64,000 nucleotides of DNA from Candidatus Latescibacterota bacterium (GTDB taxonomy: Bacteria; Latescibacterota; UBA2968; GCA-2709665). The stretch covers positions 32,001 to 96,000 of the forward strand of contig CAXXJS010000050.1 of the NCBI GenBank assembly GCA_963662665.2, read 5' to 3'. Both the position numbers and the translations under genes were made by a program. Below are positions 58,248 to 64,000 of the stretch, in pieces. Position 1 is the first letter of the stretch; the number at the start of each line of letters is the position of its first letter. Under the pieces are notes generated by a model. That model was not told the DNA's origin, searched no databases, and was given only the letters and a program-made list of their open reading frames with translations.

Positions 58248-61200
58248 CTACCCGATTGATCGCGAACCGAGAATAGAACCTGCAAACCCCCTCATAAAAC
58301 CCCGCAGGTCGTCCAGATACGTATAGAACAGAGGTACGACGAAGAGCGTCAATATCGTGGATGAAACCAGGCCGCCGATCATCGTGATGCCCAGCGGGGC
58401 GTAGGGGGTTCCGAGCATGGTCGCCGATCCGGCGGCCATCGGGAACAATCCGAAGATGGTCGTAAAAGTTGTCATCAGAATAGGCCGGAACCGGTTGTAT
58501 CCGGCCTCCTCGATCGCCTCCGCGCGGCTCATGCCTTGCGTACGCAACCGGTTGATCATATCCACCAGAACGATCGCGTTGTTCACCACGACGCCGATGA
58601 GGAGAATGATGCCCATCTGGGACATTTTTCCCATAACGGTACCCGTGAGGAAAAGACCCCAGTACACCCCCAGAAAGGCGAACGGGATCGACAGCAGCAC
58701 CGCGAACGGCAGAACGAAAGACTCGAACAGCACGCCCATCAGCAGGAAGACACAGGTTATCGCCATCGCGATTGCGAACGACATCGTATCGTCTGCCTCC
58801 CGGAACCTTGAATAGGTCTCCCCCTTGTTCCAGGAATATCCCCGCGGCATGGCGAAACCATCCATCGCCCGGTCGATCTGCGCCCACAGCCCTTTCAGGT
58901 CCTCCTTCGTTGTGTACGCCCGCACCCGCATCCGCATCTTCCCGTCCTCCCGTCGAATGGTGCCGCTGCCTTCCGTTAACCTGAACGTGGCGAATGCCGA
59001 AAGGGGTACCTGGGTCCCGGCTTTCGAATGAAAAGGAAAACTCTTGAGTTGCGCCAGCGTCCGGCGGTCGTCTTCGTCCATAAACAACCGGACCGAAATC
59101 CTCCGGTCGTCCTCGTAATACGGCGCCAGGTTGACCCCGCGCAACTGGTATGAAATGCTCTGCCCAACGGCCTGGGCCGTGATCCCGTAGGTGTGGGCCT
59201 GCTCCTTGTTGATGAGCACCTGCACCTCTTTTTCCGCAAATTCCAGGTCGCTGTCCACACTCACAACGTCCGGAATTGCTTCCACCCGCTGCCGCACGGT
59301 CTCCGAAAGCCGCGCCAGCAGTTCGATGTCCTCTCCGTAAAGAAAGACCGAGACTCCCGGTTCGCTGCGCCACCGCGTCTGAACCATCACCCGCACACCA
59401 ACGAATTGCGGTATGTGTTTTTTGGCGTCCTCGATCACCTCCGCCCGCGTCATCCGTCCCTTTATTGGGATACCGGCCTTCTTTCGAACGCTCTTGTAAA
59501 ACTGATACCACCAGTCCTTGTTAGGCTCCTCTTCCAGATAGACACGGATAAAGCCGCGTTGCCTCCAGTAACCCAGCCGCACCGTTTCAATGCGGTACGT
59601 CTCCCGCTTGCTTTCCAGGAAATCCTCGATCTGCGTAGCAATCCGCTCCATCTCCGCCCGCTTGAAAAACGGAGCGGCCGTGAAACGGATGTAGAACTCA
59701 TTATTCACGCGGGCGCGCCCGGTTGTCTTCTTGATGTTCGACGCAGGATAGAGAATCGAAATGAACAGGATGATGAAGATCAGCGAAGCGTCCCGCCGGT
59801 GTGCAAGAATCCATCTCAAACCGCCATGGTATCTGCGCCGCAACCACCGGACCGATCCCGGATCTTCCGTGGCGGCGCGCCTGCCAAGCAACTTCGCGGC
59901 GAGGGGGATGAAAATCAGCGCCACAAACAGAGACCCCAGCAGCGATACGACCACCGGAATGCCGACCCTCGTGAGTTCGAACGTCAGCCCGACGTCTCCC
60001 GTCATGAACATCAGCGGCATAAAGACTACGACCGTGGTCAACGTCGCCATCGAGATGGCCATACCCACCTCGCTCGCCCCGGCAACCGACGCCTCGTCCA
60101 CGTCCATTCCCTTTGCACGCATCCGATAGATGTTTTCCACAATGACAATCGCGTTGTCCACCACCATTCCCATCCCCACCATCAGGCCCATCATTGTGAG
60201 CAGATTCAGCGACCAGTCCAGAAAATAGAGCACGGAAATCGTCATCATGATACACAGCGGAATCGAAAGGGTGATGAGGGCCGTCATCCGGATCGCGCGC
60301 AGGAAATACAGCAGGATCAGGGAGGCGAAAAGGGCGCCCCATATTGCGGTCGTCCGGATATTGTCTATGGAGTCCCGCACCGCCGCCCCCTGGTCCCACA
60401 TGACGTTGAACTGTGCGCCGGTTTCACGGCCGATCAGGTCCAATTCCTTCTTCACCAGGCTGGACACGTCCACCACATTGGCGCTGGACTCCTTGTATAC
60501 ATCCAGGCCGACGGCTTCCTTTCCATTGATTCGCCACGATCCCAGGTCCGGCGGTCTCCCGAAAAGCACGCCCCCACGTCGCCTACACTGACGTGTCCCT
60601 GGCCGCTCGAGCGTATGATGGGAATCCGCCGGATCTCGTCCATGTCCTTATACCGCGCCAGGGAGCGGATGAAATACTTCTTGTCGCCCTCATGTACGTA
60701 ACCTCCGGCCAGCGCGAAATTCTCCCCCTGCAACGCCTGAACCACGTCGGCGGGCCGGACGCCCAGCGAACGCATGCGCTCCTGGAACACGACTACCATG
60801 ATCTCCTTCCTGAAACGGCCCCAGAAAGAGATTTTCGCCACCCCGTCGATTCGTTCGAGACGTCGCTGTACCTTGTTTTCAATGAATGACTGGATATCCT
60901 CGACACCCGCCGGCGGCGCAAGCCCCATCCAAATAATCTCCTGGTCGGTCTCTTCGTTATACTTCCAGACGCCCGTGCGATCGCGCTTCTCGGGCGGCAG
61001 TTCCAGTTTGAGGCGGTCCAGCCGGTCCATTACCTGGTTGTAGGCCAGAGACATATCGGTTTCCGGTCGAAACCTCAGACCTGCATTCGCCCAGTCCTTG
61101 CCGGCCCATGTTCGCATATTCCTGAGGTTTTTTACGGTACCCAGGTAGGTTTCGAACAGCCGGCAGATTTCCTGGTCGTTCTCCTTGGGCGACGTGTCCC

Positions 61201-61372
61201 GGCTGTCCACCCACACCCACAGTCGCTTCCACTCCCATCCGGAAGGAAAGGCCTGCAGGCGTATTTTCATGTACGACACGCAACCAATCACCAGCAGCGC
61301 CACGAGACACATGGCCACCGTGACCGGTCGTGAAATGGAAAACCTCGGCAACAGCGCATGTCGGTCCTTCAC
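58248..61372 (-). pseudogene. RND efflux permease split by a single frameshift near 60571-60575 (or a sequencing error)
   Basis: ORF 60452-61372 gives the N-terminus (SISRPVTV) and ORF 58248-60569 the rest (VVDNAIV, RFRPILMTT); the frames join at a G5 run. Confidence 0.8.
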
Positions 61373-61475
61373 GTGAAACTCCTGCGGGAATCAGAGCCGA
61401 ACATCAGGTATTTCCGCATTGGTTCTGATAAAAGATACACATCCGGGGTTTCAAATGGTAATAATTCCATTATCA

Positions 61476-61510
61476 CAGGCAGGCGCGACGCATGCGTCGC
61501 GCCTGCCTAC
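61476..61510. repeat. Perfect 32-bp palindrome, GTAG-REP-like
   Basis: AGGCAGGCGCGACGCATGCGTCGCGCCTGCCT followed by AC (GTAG on the minus strand). Confidence 0.65.
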
Positions 61511-61530
61511 TGATTTTCGAACATTTGCGC

Positions 61531-61559
61531 TTGACATAAATCGTCCAAAATCCTATTTT
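61531..61559 (+). promoter_or_regulatory. Sigma70-type promoter of the pheST leader
   Basis: TTGACA-17 nt-TATTTT immediately before the T-box leader. Confidence 0.6.
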
Positions 61560-61566
61560 CTCACCC

Positions 61567-61880
61567 AAAGCGATGACGGAGGAAAGTAAGCCGTCCCCAA
61601 CCGGAAAGGGAGGGGGCGCCCCGGACTGAAAGCGCCCCTGCGGCATGAACGGCCGAAGTTCCCTCCCGAGCTGCAACGCTGAATGCGATTGCCGGAATCA
61701 GTCCCTGGCCTGAAGGTCGTTCGCGGCAATCGTTACTAGGCGAAGCCGGCAACTCTCGCCGATAACGGAGAGGGGCGGTTGTGGCCGTCCGTCAAGCGGC
61801 GCCTGTCCGGCGCAAACAGGGTGGTACCGCGGAAGGCATCACGTCCTTTCGTCCCTGCGGGGATGAAAGGTTTTTTTTGT
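61567..61880 (+). promoter_or_regulatory. T-box riboswitch (Phe specifier) with terminator
   Basis: Stem I start GCGATGA..AGTA, CTGAAA loop, specifier GAAG-TTC (61659-61661), T-box AGGGTGGTACCGCG (61818-61831), terminator CCTTTCGTCCC..GGGATGAAAGG-T8. Confidence 0.92.
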
Positions 61881-61952
61881 TGCCGGGGGCCAAATCCGGG
61901 CGTCGTACCCTCTTCCGCCAGTCGCGGACCCCCGATTCCAGGGAGCATTCAC

Positions 61953-63539
61953 GTGAGTCAACCGATCGACCTGTCGTCTCTTCACGCACTCGAAGTCAAG
62001 ACGCTGCGCGCCTTCGATGGGCGTGAGGACACCGAAATCAACGACGCCGGGCTACCGGCAGCCGCGGGCCTCGGCCCGGGCCAGGTCCGGCGCGCCGTGG
62101 AATGGCTGCGTTCCAAAGGTCTCCTCGAGGTCGCCGGCGAAGCCACGGTCTCTACCGTCAGCCTCACCGAATCGGGCGTTGCCCAGGCTGCCATAGGCGC
62201 CACCCCTGAAGTCGCGCTGTTGATCAGGGCCGGAAAAGAACCCGCGCCAACGCTCAAGGACATCCAGGCAGACACCCGCTTCGACCGGGGAGACTGGGGC
62301 AGCGCCTTCGGCGGCCTGAAGGCCGAAGGCACGATCCGGCAGGAAGGCGCCGCCATCGGTATCGCCGATCCCGAAAGAGCCGCGTTCTATACGCAAAGGC
62401 TATTGCCGGGGCTTTTTCATCGCTTCGGAGATGACGCCGACAAGGCTGTCCTGAATCTCTCAGACCTTACAGAAGAAATACAGACCTATATCCGTCAAAA
62501 AACGAGCAAACGTGGCAAGGGCAAGGGCGCCATCCGCGTGGACGAACGCCTCGAACGCACGTACCGGCTCACGCCGTCGGGCGCCCGGACGCTTCGCCGC
62601 ATTCTGGAAACCAACTTGTCCGGTGAAGAGGTCTCTCGCCTCACGCAGGAAATGCTCCAGTCCGGCGACTGGCGGAACGTCTCGTTCCGCCGTTATGACA
62701 TCAGTATCAAGCCCCCGCGCATTCTCATCGGTCGCCTCCACCCCTACCGCGCCTACCTCGACGGCGTCCGGCGAAAACTGCTCTCCCTGGGGTTCGAAGA
62801 AATGAAGGGACCGCTGGTGGAAACCGAGTTCTGGAACATGGATGCCCTGTTCATGCCGCAGTTCCACGCGGCACGCAATATCCACGACGCCTATTACGTG
62901 AAGGAACCCACGCGTTCGAAAGCGGTCGAAGAACCCTTCTTTTCGAATGTGGCTGCGGCCCACGCGAACGGCGGCGACACGGGCTCCCGCGGTTGGCGAT
63001 ACGAATTCAACCCGGGCCGGGCGCGCCGGCTCATTCTGCGCAGCCAGGGAACCGCGCTGTCGGGCCGTACGCTGGCTTCCGGCCCGAATATCCCGGGGAA
63101 ATACTTCGCTGTCGCGCGCTGTTTCCGTTACGATGACGTCGACGCCACCCACGCGGCGGACTTTTTCCAGGTGGAGGGTATCGTACTGGGAGAGAGCATA
63201 AACTTCCGGAGTCTGCTCGGCCTGCTCAAGCTCTTTGCGCTGGAAATCGCGCAGTCGGAGGAGTGCCGGTTTGTGCCGGACTATTTCCCGTTCACCGAGC
63301 CCTCGGTCGAACTTCAGGCCAGGCACCCGACGCTGGGCTGGATCGAATTCGGCGGCGCGGGCCTCTTCCGACCCGAACTCACGCGCCCGCTCGGCGTAGA
63401 GGTCCCCGTTATCGCATGGGGACTCGGCATCGACCGTATGGCCATGGTTGCCCTGGGTATTGACGATATCCGTGACCTTTTCAGCACCGACCTGGACCTG
63501 ATCCGTAACGAGAGAGAAAACATGCCAGCGTCGAGGTAA
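61953..63539 (+). CDS. pheS: Phenylalanine-tRNA ligase alpha subunit, archaeal/eukaryal type
   Basis: 528 aa with a long N-terminal extension; GRLHP, EFWNMDALFMPQFHAAR, DATH, YFPFTEPS, AWGLGIDR. Confidence 0.95.
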   Translation: MSQPIDLSSLHALEVKTLRAFDGREDTEINDAGLPAAAGLGPGQVRRAVEWLRSKGLLEVAGEATVSTVSLTESGVAQAAIGATPEVALLIRAGKEPAPTLKDIQADTRFDRGDWGSAFGGLKAEGTIRQEGAAIGIADPERAAFYTQRLLPGLFHRFGDDADKAVLNLSDLTEEIQTYIRQKTSKRGKGKGAIRVDERLERTYRLTPSGARTLRRILETNLSGEEVSRLTQEMLQSGDWRNVSFRRYDISIKPPRILIGRLHPYRAYLDGVRRKLLSLGFEEMKGPLVETEFWNMDALFMPQFHAARNIHDAYYVKEPTRSKAVEEPFFSNVAAAHANGGDTGSRGWRYEFNPGRARRLILRSQGTALSGRTLASGPNIPGKYFAVARCFRYDDVDATHAADFFQVEGIVLGESINFRSLLGLLKLFALEIAQSEECRFVPDYFPFTEPSVELQARHPTLGWIEFGGAGLFRPELTRPLGVEVPVIAWGLGIDRMAMVALGIDDIRDLFSTDLDLIRNERENMPASR

Positions 63540-63655
63540 TAACCGGCGCGGTCCGGCCCAAATTGTCTTTCGTGTTTCGCCTTTTCTAACGACTTCCGTC
63601 TGCCGTCTTCCCCGGGCCGGGCTGGACGGGCGGTGTTTCGGTTGCAGGAGTCCCC

Positions 63656-64000
63656 ATGCCCACCATTTCCGTCATCAGGAAAGACCTGGAACGACTCGCG
63701 GGCCATACCTACGACCTGACCGAACTCGAACACGCCCTCGAGACCGTCAAAGCCGAGGTCAGGGTCGAAGACGACTCCCGCTTAAGGATCCAGCTGAAGG
63801 ATACCAACCGGCCGGACCTCTGGTCGTCCGAGGGCGTCGCCCGGCTGCTCAAGGGCCATCGGAACGGCGGGCACCCGTCTTACCCATTTTTCGATGATCC
63901 CGCAGCCGGCCTCGAACTGCGGGTTGACCCCGCGCTGAACCGTATCCGGCCCTATATAGCCGCTTTCGCGTGTGAAGGGATTACGGTGGACGAATCGGCC
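63656..64000 (+). CDS. pheT: Phenylalanine-tRNA ligase beta subunit, archaeal type (partial)
   Basis: AGGAG RBS; MPTISV...DTNRPDLWSSEGVAR reached by about residue 50, with no B2 OB-fold insert. Confidence 0.9.
   Translation, partial: MPTISVIRKDLERLAGHTYDLTELEHALETVKAEVRVEDDSRLRIQLKDTNRPDLWSSEGVARLLKGHRNGGHPSYPFFDDPAAGLELRVDPALNRIRPYIAAFACEGITVDESA

Noticed and set aside
61779-61952. N-terminal extension of PheS given in the ORF track
   Set aside because: It overlaps the T-box terminator; GTG at 61953 with a GGGAG RBS is the more plausible start

Overview
GC-rich chromosomal segment from a diderm bacterium (LptE, TonB, TolC-type and beta-barrel genes; lineage not determinable from sequence alone). 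The housekeeping core is pfk-gap-pgk-tpiA-secG-tRNA-Leu(GAG), comF, radC, cysK and a T-box-controlled, archaeal-type pheS/pheT. Accessory genes include two RND efflux loci (one frameshifted), a BlaI/BlaR1-TonB unit, a form II coxSLMG cluster, toxin-antitoxin genes and many catabolic enzymes. The most notable structure is non-coding. A 191-bp MITE with CTAA target-site duplications occurs twice. The copy at 24479-25425 is interrupted, exactly at the inner edge of its 13-bp left terminal repeat, by a 756-nt ORF-less group II intron whose EBS1 is perfectly complementary to that transposon end. The empty copy at 49203-49393 has substitutions in the same site. Other highlights are an AhpD/CMD-family gene with an in-frame UGA in a CxxU motif plus a SECIS-like hairpin (probable selenoprotein), a HAD-YvcK/GlmR fusion, and a BlaR1 peptidase with a non-canonical sensor domain. 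All calls come from manual motif recognition; no database searches were run.
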